NCBI RefSeq assembly: GCF_006345805.1
Contig: NC_042997.1
Coordinates: 137,206,001-137,270,000, forward strand
Origin: Octopus sinensis
Taxonomy: Eukaryota
DNA length: 64,000 nucleotides
Reading direction: 5' to 3'
The notes beneath the pieces were generated by a model. It was given only the letters and a program-made list of their open reading frames with translations, did not search any database and was not told the DNA's origin. Both the position numbers and the translations under genes were made by a program. Below are positions 26,101 through 39,440 of the stretch, piece after piece (the stretch's first letter is position 1; each line of letters opens with the position of its first letter).

Positions 26101-29100
26101 CTTTAATGTTAACATATATTGTAAGGTTACTGAATGCTAACATGTGGAGGAATGGTTTGAAAATATTCTCTTCTTGTAAACATTCTGTAGTGGGACATGA
26201 CAGTCACTTTCAACTGCTCAAAAACAGTGTCTATGTTCACTCATAAACAACATAAGTACATTTCGTAACTCACTATGATTGTTAGATTACACAATGACTA
26301 GTATATAGTGACCACATATTTAGGCAAATCATTACTTACTAACATACTTCAAACACTAATTTGCTGGTGTATTGTATTCTTGTTCTATAACTGTACTAGT
26401 TCCTCTAAGCTAGCTGAGTTTCAACTACCAAAGTTTGTAGTTGGTCCAGTATTTTTTGATTTCAAAACCTTAGTAATTCCCTTCCTGTCCGTGGTTTCCT
26501 TCTGGATATTAACCTGTCAGAATTTGAACCGATCATCCCTGCGTTAACCACACTAGCAGAAAACTGCTCAGACGGCAGTTTCTGCTGGTATATGTTACAC
26601 ATATTGATATTATATATACATATAGATATGATACATAAATTATAGAGTAAATTGACAATATGCTCATGAATTGAACAAAGACTCTGTTATAGTTTATTCT
26701 GTAATCAGTAAAATAATCCAAAATACATTTAAAAAAGATGATAATGAAAACTGGAAAAGAGATGAGACTGTCAAGGGAAAATGTTCATGAATCTTCACTT
26801 GAGTGAATTTGAAAATAGATGCTCTGGTGGGAATTACTGAATTACATTTACCAATATGAAGAGTTCAGTTTTGTTATATTGTTTCATTATATTTGCTTAT
26901 AGGCGTCTTAAGTGTTTCTAGTGTCCCTTTCCGAGCAATTAAAAGAGATTAATGAATGTCTCACAACACTAAAAATTTTTTGCAGACACAACTGTCAGCA
27001 AATGGACCCTTTCCATTTATCTCAGTTAATATTTCTATATTTTCTTTTCTTGATGATGCATCATACATCTGACCATGTGCGAAGAATTGTGTTGGGAGAT
27101 GATATTATTGACAAAATAATTTCAAGGTGGTACCCCAGGATGACCACAGTCTAACACAATTTGAAAACTTAATTCTATTAGATAGGGATTATTGTTTTTG
27201 CACTATGTAATACTTCTAAACATAATTTACTCACTTGTTTTGTTGATTTTTTTCACTTTATTACATTTTTTGCAAACGCAAAAAAAAAGCTATTTGTTTA
27301 TATATGGAATTCAAACGGTAGTTGGCATTTAAAACAGAAGCAAATCTTGTAATATTAAGCATTATAATTTATGCTTAATATACAAATAAACTTTATAGGT
27401 TAAAAATTCTTTGGGGAGAATTCTCTGCAATAACACTGGTATATTTCCTTCTATGGTAGGGAAAAGAAAGGGACATGAAAGTGAAGGTGGATAATAAAGT
27501 AGTTGTTCAAGTCATGTACAAAGGCATTGTAGCTAAATCAGTGAAGAATTTAGTGTAGAGGTAGTTAACATTGATATGGACAATATTTGCTTCAGATGCT
27601 CATACCATATGTGACATCAGTGGAAGATGCACTTGCTAGAGCAAAATATTAGAAGAGTTGAACTCAGAACTTAAGCTGTTGGGCATCTTAGAAAACTGAG
27701 ACAAGTAGTGAGTTGCCATTCATACTCATCCATTCCATGCTATCATTGGAAAATGCATTAAAATGCTGATACTGATTATGCAGATTACTACCCTTTTCAG
27801 CATCACAATTATGAGTAGCTTCGTTTTCAGTTAGACAGTGAGACTAAACCAGCATATGGTGTTCAATATTCCAGTGACTCTAACACACATTGGCTATCAA
27901 TTAATAATTTTATACATCTATAGAATTGTTGACAGTTATTTTCCATTAAAAAAAAAATTCAATCACTTAATTGTTTTTTCAAAGAAATCTGTAGTTTGTT
28001 TACCAGTGGCTTCCCTTCAAATATTTTTAATTTCAGGATAGGAAAATTATAGCAAAACAGAAGAAACTGAGAAAAATTGAAAATGAAAGAAAAGCAGAAA
28101 TTGTTCAACCAGTAAGCACCAGTTCCTTGAAATTTTATTTTATATATACTTGCATGTATGTAAATAAACATTCACACACATGCACGCAGATACGCATACA
28201 CACACGGGTATATTTGCAACTATGTGGTGTCAGGTTCAATCCCATTGTGTACCATGTTGGGTAAGTGTTTACTTCTACAACCCCTCAGGCTAGCTGATAC
28301 CTTGTGAATGAATTTGATAGACAGAAACTGCAGGAAGCCTGTCATATATGTATGTATGTTTGCAAATGTGCATGAATTTGTACAATATTTACATTAGACG
28401 TATAGGTGTCCTCACCATGTTTGTTGTTACTACAACGTTTTAGCTGAGAGTACTCTCCAGCCTTCATTAGGTATCCTGGTGGAATTTTGAACCTAACTCT
28501 TTCTTTGACTAATGGGGTACTCTGTTCTAATTCCTAAGATATTTTTTGCTGATGTTATTATTATTTATTCAAGTACTTGATTGGGATTGAACCCAGAATC
28601 TTGGGTTTAGTAGCCCGTGCTCTTAACCACTACACTATATGCCCGTGGGCAATTAGAGTGAATTTTGTGGCTAGAAACCTATTAGTTTTGTATCTTTCCT
28701 TAATATTGGTTTCCATATTCTACTCATATCTGCGCTAGGTCTACTTAGGAGGTTATTGTGTCCTAGCATATGTGCTGCTTCTTTAAGTTTTCATATTTTC
28801 CAGTGGTGTTCTCTGTTTATTATTTTAACTTCATCCCACAGGTGGAGATGGTCTCCATTTTTCCATACATGATCAGCTATACCCAATTTTTCAATATCCC
28901 CTCGTATAACAGCTTTATGATGTTCCTCTACCTTTATTTTGAGGGGGTGTTCTCTGTCTATAATTTTAACTTCATCCCACAGGTCTCCATTTTTCCATAC
29001 ATGATCAACTATACCCAATTTATCAATATCTCCTTGTGTCACAGCTTTGCGACATTCATCTACCCTTATTTTGAGGGGACAGCATGTTTCGCCTTTGTAT

Positions 29101-32100
29101 AATTTACCACAACTGCATGGGCTGGAGTGTATGCAGTCTTAGGTCATATTGTCTTCTATTGGTGGTTTTACTCGGAGGAGATATTTGCAAAGTGTTGTAT
29201 TACTCTTGAACACTGTCCTGATGTCATATGGACCACATTTCTATTGTATCTTTTCTGAGAGGCCTGTCACATAGGGTAGACAGACTGTGGTCAGTTTATA
29301 GGTTTTATCCTCTCTCCTCTTCCTAAATGGAGTGGATAGTATGTGTTTTGGGTAGTTGTTGCTTAATAGATTGTTACTTAGTTTGATCATTTCTTCATTG
29401 TGTGTATGAGGATCTTTGCTCAATGTTTTAGGCACTGAGCAATCCCTCTCTTTATACTGTATGGATGGTGGGAATTGAAGTTGAGGTATCGTCCAGTGAA
29501 GGTTGTCTTGCGGTATATGGATGTCCTGAACCCATACTCAGTGCATGTTATTAATACATCCATGAATGCTAGCTGATTGTCTTTTTCCTTTTCCATTGTG
29601 AACTGTATGGGTGGCTTTATTGAGTTCACATGATCTAGCAGTACTTAGACATCTTCCTGGTGGGGCCAGAGTATAAAGGTGTCATCAACATATTGAAACC
29701 ATAGGGTTGGCTTTAGTGGTGTTGATCCTAAACCCAAATTCTCAAAGTATTCCATATATATATATTGGCTATTATTGGTGATAATGGTGAACCCAGAGCT
29801 AAACCCACTTCCTGTTGATATATATCTGTGTCTATTCTGAAGTAGGTAGTTTCTACACAGAAGGTCAACATTTCCATCAAGTTTCCTATTGGTATTTTAG
29901 TGCATTCTTTTACAGAGGTGTCACTGGTTTTTCTTGAATCACTGATAGTGCTTCATCAGTTGGGACTTTGGTGAATAGACTTATCACATCTAGACTCACC
30001 ATCTGGTTGGATCCAATGGGGGTATCATTGATCAATTCTGTGAAGTGTGTGGAATTCTTTACATACAATGTTGACTTACCTGCTAATGTACTGATTATAT
30101 CCACAAGGGCATTGAATGACATGCCGAACCTCTACAACAAGCAAGGTGAGGACATGTATTCATCCAGTGTAAATATTGTACATAATTCTTCATCTCTAAA
30201 ATATAGAACTGCATATGGATGCGCAATGGCCCAGTGGTTAGGGCAGCGGACTCGCGGTCATAGGATCGCGGTTTCGATACCAAGACCGGGCATTGTGAGT
30301 TTATTGAGCGAAAACACCTAAAAGCTCCACGAGGCTCCAGCAGGGGATGGTGGTGATCCCTGCTGTACTCTTTCACCACAACTTTCTCTCACTCTTACTT
30401 CCTGTTTCTGTTGTACCTGTATTTCAAGGGGCCGGCCTTGTCACTCTCTGTGTCATGCTGAATATCCCCGAGAACTACGTTAAGGGTGCACGTGTCTGTG
30501 GAGTGCTCAGCCACTTACACGTTAATTTCACGAGCTGGCTGTTCTGTTGATTCGGATCAACCAGAACCCTCATCGTCGTAACCGACGGAGTGCTTCCATC
30601 TATAGAACTGCATGAATTTGATATTCCATTTCATCACTGATGGTTGTTGACATTACGACTGATTGCTCTGCACTTTCAAAGACCTCTGGAAAAAGACAAA
30701 AAATCCCTTGCTTGAAAAAAAGTAAAGATTAGCAACAGGAAACGCATCCAGTTTTAAATTTTGTCTCCAAAATACCCACCTCCCAAGCCATACTAGCATG
30801 GAAAAATAAAACGTTAGACAAACAGTACTGTTTTTATGAGTACACATGTGGGGTATTATCACATCATTGTCAATTTTGTGCTTACTTTTTCATGCTGATA
30901 TAAGATGGACAGACAGACCTGGTTTAACTCAGTTCATATTTCAAGTCACTACTTTCATAAGTTGGGAAGCACATGAAATTTCAATGGCTGAAACAACAAC
31001 AATCACTTCTGAGTTCTAAGATCCATGATCCATGTTACAGTAGATACCTATACAAGGAAGCTTTTTAGTAGCACTGGGGTTGTACATTTCCCTATATCAT
31101 AATCTTTGTGGTAAAGGAGATAGAACCAGTGGCAGGTGTTAATTCAAGATGACTGGTACCTCTTTCCAGCTGGAAATCCAATCTCTCAGAAACAACCTTA
31201 AAGCTGGCTGCTACAGCTTGTTCGTCATTCAGAGTATACTCTAACTTTTTGTTCTAGGCCTGAATTTTTTGTGGGGAGGGGGCCAGTTGATTAGATTGAC
31301 CCCAGTACACAACTGATACTTAATTTATCGACTCCGAAAGGCAAAGTCGATCTCGGCAGAATTTGAACTCGGAACGTAAAGACAGATGGTCATAATATAC
31401 AAATATTTCTCATGGCACCAGTACACTGTTTACAGATGCTTACATTTTGATGTTTTTCGTGAATTTTTCATGGGTCCAGCTAGTTCTATATTATTACTGG
31501 CAATTATTCAAAAATTTTAATAAAATTCCAGCATTTTAGAAGTATTGCTCCACAAAGGATGTTTATTAAAACAAATATCTTAAAAGTTTGCTTTGGTACA
31601 AAATGCCTTTCAGGCGTACGGGGTTGCAAGGGGAAATAACTCATAGTGCTTAAAAGAATTAAGAAAGCTATTGCGCTGTGAAGAAGTGTACCAACAATTA
31701 GAATTTTTAAATTAAAGACTTGCTAACCAGTAAGGAAAAGTGTAAAGATGTAAAGAAATTATTACTTCTTTTACGTGCCATTGGCATGGGTGCTATTTGT
31801 GCGACACCAGTATCTGTCACGACTGTGATGGGTCTTCTTCTCAAGCACAACATAATGCCAAAGGTCTTAGTCCATTGCCTCTGTTAGGCCTAACACTTGA
31901 AAGGAGCTTTTCACATGCCACAAAGTGTCTGGTATCAGCCACTTTGCCTTCATGAGGACCAACACTCAAAAGGTGCGTTTTTACGTGCCACTGGCACCAA
32001 TTACATGACACCAGCATCAGCCACGACTACGATTTCACTTGGCTTGGCGGGTCTTCTCAAGCACAGCATATTGCCAAAGGTCTTGGTCACTAATCATTGT

Positions 32101-32272
32101 CTCTGTGAGGCCCAAAGTTTGAAGATCATGCTTTGTCATAAAGCAACTAGTTTGCCTTCAGTTGTTCATTATTAAAGTATTTTGTTTTATTTTGTTGCAG
32201 ATAAAGAATTTGAAGAAACTTAAGCATATGAAAAAGAAACATTTACGCAAAAGTAATATTCAAATAAGATGA
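23189..32272 (+). CDS. CCDC86: Coiled-coil domain-containing protein 86 (Cgr1-like ribosome biogenesis factor), 144 aa. Exons 23189-23346, 25437-25566, 28037-28111, 32201-32272
   Basis: Phase-consistent GT/AG exons give GKRKSGKFWKNTRS|RFSALKKDK..STWAKK..ER..K..KDFE..|..ENERKAEIVQP|IKNLKKLKHMKKKHLR. This matches CCDC86 motifs (GK.KSG..WK, RFS, W..K, ENERKAE.VQ.I.N..KLK..KKK.LR). AATAAA at about 32314. Confidence 0.92.
28431..28475 (-). ncRNA. Degenerate minimal type I hammerhead ribozyme in the PLE terminal region
   Basis: Minus strand reads TAC-CTAATGA-[aggctggag agta ctctcagct]-AAAA-CG-T-T-GTA. Stem II is present, the stem III region is the palindrome AACGTT, and stem I is TAC/GTA. Core G5 and G12 are mutated to A. 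Confidence 0.55.
28578..28644 (-). promoter_or_regulatory. tRNA-like RNA polymerase III A-box/B-box module inside the PLE terminal region
   Basis: Minus strand reads gggcataTAGTGTAGTGGttaagagcacgggctactaaacccaagattctggGTTCAATCCcaatc. A-box TRGYNNARTGG and B-box GTTCRANNC are at tRNA-like spacing. Confidence 0.6.
30215..30600 (+). mobile_element. Young tRNA-derived SINE inserted into the PLE
   Basis: tRNA-like head (ggcccagtggttagggcagcggactcgcgg..ggtttcgatacc). Perfect 13-bp TSD tatagaactgcat at 30202-30214 and 30601-30613. Confidence 0.85.
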
Positions 32273-32479
32273 TTTGCTACACATCTCTGATATTGTATTA
32301 TATCTTTTGTATAAATAAATGTATAAAAATACTCTTACTAATAAGTACTTTTGGGTTATTATTTTTAATTTTTAAAAATTTGCAATTACTGTAATAAGTG
32401 TGTAATTAATGCATAAAATTACTAAAAGTCTACAGGTTGAAATGAGGTCATAAATTCGCTATAGGATGAGATGGTGATC

Positions 32480-32840
32480 CTATGCATATGGACTGAAATA
32501 ATAGCAACAAAGAACTGTGTGCACACATGCATCTGCCCAGAGCCTCCTACCTCATAGCTATCCATCAGATGCACTGGTACAAACAGTCCTCTGTCTCCCA
32601 CTAGATCATCCTACCAAGGCTTTACTCTCAATTCATGCAGCAGCTGTAGGCTGGAGGAGGCGTCATGCCAGATGGCTGGACATGATTGTGGAAGATCTTC
32701 AAAGGCTCAGCATCAGCTTGGAGGATGCAGAGTTGCTGGCACAGGACTGCCAGCAATGGAGAGCATTGGTGGACTTGGTTAGCTCTATGCATGATGATGT
32801 CTCGGGAATGACCCCAGTTTCTTCAAGCAAGTAAGTATTA
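32480..32840 (+). mobile_element. 3'-terminal fragment of a second non-LTR (RTE/L2-like) family
   Basis: Encodes GWRRRHARWLDMIVEDL..L.DA..LAQD..QWRALV, typical of a LINE RT C-terminus, and ends in a caagcaagtaagta tail. Confidence 0.5.
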
Positions 32841-35800
32841 GCAGCAATTTGAGTATTCATTGAAATAATAACACTGAAGTGTTAAGTATTAGACATAGAT
32901 TGACTAGCCAACATCTAAGCAATATAAACCGAGATGGGACCATTCAATTTTCTATACAAAGGAATTTGTAAAATAGAACATAGATGAGCCCTGATCAATA
33001 ACTGACCCTCTATAAATAAGCCTCATATTACTACTCTCATATTGGCATCCTCCTACAGCCTTAAAAATATTTAAAAAATATCTGGCTAATTGGTAAAAAT
33101 TTACTTACCAACACACTATAAACACCAGCTCAAATGTTGATCAAGTTTTCCAAGATATCAATCTAGAGATGAACATAGTACAGGCATGACTGTGGTTAAG
33201 AAGCTTGCTTTGCAACCAAGTATCTTCTATAGCCCTAGACTGACCAATGCCTCGTTAGTGAATTTGGTAGATGGGAACTATTTGGAAGCTCCTTGTGTGT
33301 GAGTATATGTATCTTTGTATTTGTCCCCATTACTACTTGACAATCTGTTGGTTGGTTTATGTCTCTGTAACTTAGTGACTCAACAAAAAAAAGTATGAGA
33401 CTTAAAATTAAGTACTGGAGTTGATTTATTTGACTAAACCCTTCAAGACATTGTCCCAGCATAGCTATAGTCCAACAATGGAAACAACTAAAAGATACAA
33501 GATATGCAAGTATTACTGAAACATTAGGCAAAATACCTCTGAGCCTTGTATCCCACTGTTTCATCTTGTAGAACTTATTCTATTAGTGGTCAGCAAATCA
33601 CTTTCACTTTCAGGGTACTTAAAACAAAAGGTATTTGTGATGTAAATGTTAAACAAATTTTAAGTAGTATAAATTATAATGTACAAAAAAGAAAGTAAAT
33701 TAATATAAAGTTGATAACTTGTTAACAATATGTGCTACAATAACAATGAGAAGAATAGAAAAGAGAGTAGTTGTTTTTGATTCATAAGTTTATTGTTAAA
33801 AGATTGTACTGGACACAACCATCCATTGAGGCACAACAATAGCTTGATTGGATAGGTTTTGTGGTGATGAAAGAGAGAGAGAAAAAAAAAAAGTAAATGG
33901 ATGCAAGATATCCTCTACTAGAGTATGATTTTTAGGCTACTAGCCCTCTTAGCCATTTGTATTGCAGGCTCTTCATGTTGAGGAATCAGGTTGTCGAACA
34001 ACTGAATTTGAATATTGGTAATGTAACATATGACTGTATGTCTTCAGTCTTTTCTTTTGGTTTTTTGAAACCTCATTAGGGAGATCTGTGGTAGCATCAC
34101 TGAAAATTTTACCATTGTTTACAACGAATTTCTAAATTAGAAGCAACAAATCCTAGGTTTGAAACAAAGTGTAGACCTACTACACAAATTAAGAAATATA
34201 TATATATATAAAATGAGGTATTTTCTATGTCTAGTTATATTTGTAACATATTATGTATAATGTCATTGCTGTTGTGTAATGGTTTAATAAAGTATTGATT
34301 GGGTATTATCTGATGGTTGATGATTGATTTAGGTATGTTTCTCCATTTTCTCATTTTGTATATATATATATATATACGAGCAAAACAATGGATGGTGCTG
34401 AATAAAAAGCAATCAGTGTTTTCTTTTCATTAAAAAATAATTAAGCCTTTATTTCAATAAAATTTTTGGTTTTGTTAAATGAAGTTAAGGCAAAAAAAAA
34501 AAACTTCTTGAGAACCCAAATAGTCCTTCATGCCAAGTTTGAAGAAAATATCTCTTTTGCTTCTTACTTTTTTTGTCTCTTAAATATACTGCATTTGGTA
34601 GCATTATTTCCAGCCAACCAGCTTTTTTTGCACAAACTGCACATGCAATTTTCTCGCGTACGTGTAGTATCAATCGCAACAGCTGATGTACTTGCGCATA
34701 CAAATGCACGTTCCCATGGCTTTATCATTTGCATTCTCACCTGGAATCAATTTTTGTAATTATTTCAAGTCAGTATTTGAGCACAATCGGATGGAGGATG
34801 CCTGAGGTCCTAGAAGACACACACACTGACAGACAGAATGAATTTTATATAATAGATATATACACACACACATATATAATATTTATATATATGATATATA
34901 TATTATGTATATATATTATATATAGTAGGCTTTTGTCTACTTGGACTATATGTTGTACCACTGCACGGCTGTCTGTTTGCTAATATTGCTGATGGACATG
35001 CAGCATATCACTGGCATTTCACATATAAAGTCCAGGATTATGTGAAAAAGTGTGAAGACCGTCAATTGATTTTCTTCCACAAAAGTATTATTTGGAAATT
35101 ATAAAGAGAAACAAATGGTAGATCTGGATTGTCTATTTTAAAACCACGAATTAAAAAAAAAAATTGGGGGAGAGTGGGAGATTTTTTTGTTGTTGTTGCA
35201 TAATCATATCAATTCCATTATGCAGAAGACAGAATAAAAAAAATTGTAAAAATACAAAAGTTATGAGGAGTTTTAGCATGTGCTTACATCATAATTCTGC
35301 CCATTCACACACACACATATACGTGGGTGTGTGTCTGTTTTTCCTTTAATTTTCATTTTTAATTGTACATATCAACAAATGAGCCAATGAGGTACTCTCT
35401 ACATGAAAGTACCTCTTGCTAGAAATAACACCCAAATCTCCTTCATAATATGCTCTTGTTAGTATTAAGGAAAGCAAAAATGTTTACTCCTTTACATCAT
35501 TACGATAAAAATCAATATTTTTGATTTTGTTCGGCTCTATGAATTCAATTTTTTAAAAATGCTTCTGTCCATTGCTTGATACAGGAAATTGGAAAATCCT
35601 TTCCAAAACAGAGAAATTCTAACTTGACAAAAAATATTCAAAGAGAAAGAAAAGGTTCTGTTTTTCAAAGCCAAAAGATGTGTTTTTAGCTGGGGTGTAA
35701 TTTTATAATTAAAACAAATTCAAAATTTAAATTTCAGAACATGAGACTTACCACATTCTCTGGTGTATAGCTGCAGTTCAAATGGGTACAAAGCCTCAAA

Positions 35801-36566
35801 CAAATGTGTGTGTGTGTGGTTGGGTCTTTAATAGCCAGGGGTCAATTTAAGTTCAATCGCAAAAAGGAACTCAAAATGGCAACACACACAATCGTATACA
35901 TAGAAACATACCTATACATATACACACATACACAAATACATACCTATCAGGCACTTCCAAAAGCCAGTTTGATCCAAAATTCTGTCCACCATTCTTTATA
36001 TGTTTGCACACACACTCACATTGAGCTTTTTGTTTTAATTTCTGTTACTATTCATCTGTTTTTAGTTTTTATTTTTGTTTGGAGGTTTCCAGGAATTTGC
36101 TTGGTGCTGGCAAAGTGGAAAAAGTGTTTTTTAAGTTTTTGAAAATTTGAAACAAAAAGGCATAGGTTTTTTTAAAAATTAACTGTTGCAGAGATGTGAA
36201 AATATGGCTACTATTCATTAATTTAAAATTAAACTTACCAAAGACGAGGATCTTCCAGTGCCCCCATAGCACCTTCCAACTTTCTTAATGCCCCCCCGTA
36301 CCCTTTGCTCCAAAATGCCACCCCTCGAGCTCCAAATGGCTCAGGTAGGTGGAGTCATATGGCCCCCATTCAGAACCTTTGGTGTAGATTACAATCATAT
36401 TGGAATTTATTGTAAAAAAAAAAAATCTCATGCGTGTGCACCCAGTACTGACAAATAATTGCTTTTAAAGCCCTACTTCCGCCCTCCCCTATCTGTCGTC
36501 CTCTCCACCGACACCACACGCCCCCCCTGATCTACAGATCACTGAACCGGCTTTCTCACTCGCACC

Positions 36567-38174
36567 TTAACTGGTTTCATAATCAGCCAACCAGGGAGGA
36601 GGGTGCCGTTCCCTCTGTGGTCGCAGTGCGACCCTAGGACTGGTTCCTGGTATGTTGCTGCTGGCCTCATCATCCTGTCTACTGGTGTTATTTTCATCTT
36701 GCCCACTGCTGCTGGTCTCATCCTCTGAGGCATGGACAATCCTCCGTATATCCAAAACATGGTGTGGCATACCATCGACTGAGATGTTATTCTTTGAATT
36801 TACAGAGGTTATTGTCCCCTTTCCCCATTGTGATGTACACCGTGCGTTTGGGAGTTTTACCCAGACTTCCTCCCTGACCTGCATGAAGGCGTGCTCTTCC
36901 TCTGCTCCGGGTCGCATTGATGTAATACACAGATGCCTCCACTCGTACCTGAATATTGCCCTGTGTGGCACCGACTCCTCAGCCTGTCCTGATCTGGGCA
37001 ACATATTGTACCAAAATATGGCCTCGATTGGTGAAATGTGACCCCTCTCTGCCATGGCCTTGATGGTATGATGATGCCTTTCCACCACCCCATTTCCACT
37101 TGGCCGGTATACCGCCCTGAAGAAGCGGTTGACCTTCCACTCATCAAGCATTTCTTTCAGCACATCCGAGCGAAATGCAGTGCCATTGTCCAGAAGCAGT
37201 TCATCCACGGGGCCTCGTTCCAGGAATATCTCATTCAACACTTTCACAATTTCTTCTGCGGTCCCCGTCTTCATCTCCCTCCATATGGCCAACTGCCCCG
37301 GTCCGCAGTCAACCATTGAGAGGTATGTCCCCTGCCAGTAGTGTGTTATGTCCACCGCCAGTCGTTTCCAGTCATGGTCCACTGGAATACTTCCCGCTTC
37401 ATGTACGACCGGAGCAGGGTCGATGGACTGGCACCTGTCACAACTGCTAACCACTCTCTGCACGCTCTGTCTTGTTACGTCGGAGTCAACTTTTCTGGCT
37501 AGGAACAATGTCCTGTCCACACCCATGTGATGCATGGTGTGCAGTCTCCGCAACTCCGAGTCGCTCAGACGGCATACTGCAGCTACAGCCTGCTTCGCAT
37601 CCTCTGGCACCTGCAACCAGGCTCGCTTTACCCTGGTCAGGACATCTGCCCTGTTCTTCTTGGAAGGCACAAAGATCATGCTCAGCTTCAGATTGAACTC
37701 AGTGGTTAGTTCACGCAGTATTCCCAATCGACGCTTTACCAGCATCTCTGCAGCCTCTTTGGTCCACACCCTCCGCTCATCGGTGATGACTGCTGTCATC
37801 CAACCAAGTACAGTGGCTGAATCAGTCCTGATTTCTATGGTGTGCAACCCCCACTTCAAGGCTAGGTTCACCCCCTTCAACATGGCATCCAACTCCACAA
37901 TGTTGATATGATTGCAGTCATCCATCTTCCTGAACCAAGCTGCATCTTCCACCATGACACCTCCCACTTCTAAGACGACCCCTATTGCGATGCTACTGGT
38001 GTCACACCATACGATCCCGCTCTTTGATTTGGGAACATACCAGCTGCCCCTCACTGGGTCCTCTGCTCCTACTCTGACCAAGACTTCCTGCATCATGTCC
38101 TCTGCTCCTACTCTGACCAAGACTTCCTGCATCATGTCGATCGTCCTCTCCCCCACTCTATCATTCCACTTCAC
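36567..38174 (-). pseudogene. Gypsy pol C-terminal part: RNase H plus integrase
   Basis: RNase H residues D (CDTSS), E (IVELDA), D (RTDSA), D (RADVL). Integrase has HH..CC (HTMHH..CDRC) and D,D(35)E (AVDIT, LDNGTAF, VVERHH). Separated from RT by frameshifts. Confidence 0.88.
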
Positions 38175-38304
38175 TCCTTCAGCTCATCTCTTGATGAAGC
38201 TACATGCTGTTCGGAGCCAACCTGCAATCGGGTAATGTCCCACCAACTTCCCACACACAGAGAACAGTTCCCGTCTACTCATGCTAGCGCCCAGTTCAGG
38301 GACA

Positions 38305-39440
38305 TCATTCCCTCGCCGGAACACCAATGCGCTGGCCTTGTCTCTCCATAGCTTGAGGCCCAGTGCAGCACCTCCCTCCATTGCCTCTGGTGGCTTGGCG
38401 ATCAGTCCAAAACTCTATGACCTCCGTTGCTGGTATCACGGTTTCATCCACCAGAATGTCATCGATGTACGAATTGGTGGCTCTTTTTACTCTGTCCACC
38501 TTCCCCAGGATGGCCTTGAGAATTGTTGCCATAATCTTTGGCGCTGAATTCAGCCCAAATCCCAACTTGGTCAGACAGTATGTCTGGCCCTTATACCTGA
38601 CGAGCTGGTACTTCCACAATTTCTCAGCCACATGCACCTGTAGGTATGCCAACTTCAAATCAACAATCTACCTCCACTCTCGCAAGGTGTCTCCACAGAC
38701 ATCCGTGGCCTCGCCGCCTGTATGACACGATACGTGGTCATTCAGCTCTTGGAAGTCAAGCACTGGCCTGACCTTATGCTTTGTGGGCTGTATCACTGCC
38801 ATCAGTGGCAGGACTCCGCTCTCTTCTTTTTCCCAATATGCCCTCCTTAATCCACCGCTCCACCTCCACCTCGAACTCACTTCTGGCATCTCCTTTTAGA
38901 GTATGCTGATAGCAGCCCACTTTATTCTTTAACATCGGGGGCTCTCCCTTCCAGTGCCACTCCACTGTCCACCTCTTGCCATCAAAGACAGCCCGAAAAT
39001 CCTGGTCTTCAATGGTGTGCGCAGCATCCTTTTCCGGTGCATGGTCTCGCCCTACACAGTTTCCCCGCTAACCCAAACGTTACACCAGCCTCGTTAACGG
39101 TGACACCTCCCAAGCGGGTGATTGCATCCATGCTCATCACCACGTCAATCTCGTCCACCAAGTGACCAACCACAATTGCTCGCAATGTCAGCTATAGTCC
39201 CTGCACTACAATCTGCGCATCTGTAACCCCTTCACAGTGTACTTCTCTTCCGTCGACAGCCCTAACACTGCTTCCTCCACTCCACATCTCTGTAGTCATC
39301 AGGGTTGCTGTACAGCCCGTGTCCACAAGAGCTCACGACATCTTTCCCTCCACCAGAATGTCGACCACAGGTAGCGATGATAAGCGCGCCTCTACTGATC
39401 TGAAGGGACGACTAGCGGCGCAGTAGTCTTCCACAGTCCG
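38305..39440 (-). pseudogene. Gypsy pol N-terminal part: protease and reverse transcriptase, with stops and frameshifts
   Basis: The pol frame reads LPVVDILVEGKMS*ALVDTGCTATL (aspartic protease DTG). RT segments are PLMAVIQ..KVRPVLDFQELN, LGFGLNSAP and SYIDDILV. Confidence 0.85.

Larger units (their letters stand above)
28390..30700 (-). mobile_element. Decayed Penelope-like element (RT followed by GIY-YIG endonuclease) in CCDC86 intron 3, interrupted by a SINE
   Basis: Minus-strand fragments YVKNSTHF..VSLDVISLFTKVP, QYVDDTFILW, IQFTMEKE..LAFMDVLI..YRKTTFTGRYLNFNSHHP and CSCGKLYKGET...H..WDEVKII.RE are PLE RT and GIY-YIG motifs. Confidence 0.85.

Noticed and set aside
27051-27155. Possible box C/D snoRNA in a CCDC86 intron (TGATGA...CTGA...GATGA)
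   Set aside because: No canonical terminal D box or terminal stem, and no rRNA guide recognised.
28578-30290. tRNA-like sequences as genuine tRNA genes (28578-28644, 30215-30290 and other SINE heads)
   Set aside because: They are embedded in repeat bodies, lack a complete acceptor stem, and one has a TSD; they are SINE-type or element-borne Pol III modules.
28390-30700. Selenoprotein-encoding (Naiad-type) Penelope element
   Set aside because: The element is broken by frameshifts and mixed stop codons, its motifs look like ordinary RT-then-GIY-YIG PLEs, and I saw no SECIS.
34928-35103. About 57-codon open plus-strand frame (GFCLLGLYVVPLHG...)
   Set aside because: No start codon, splice support or recognised motif.
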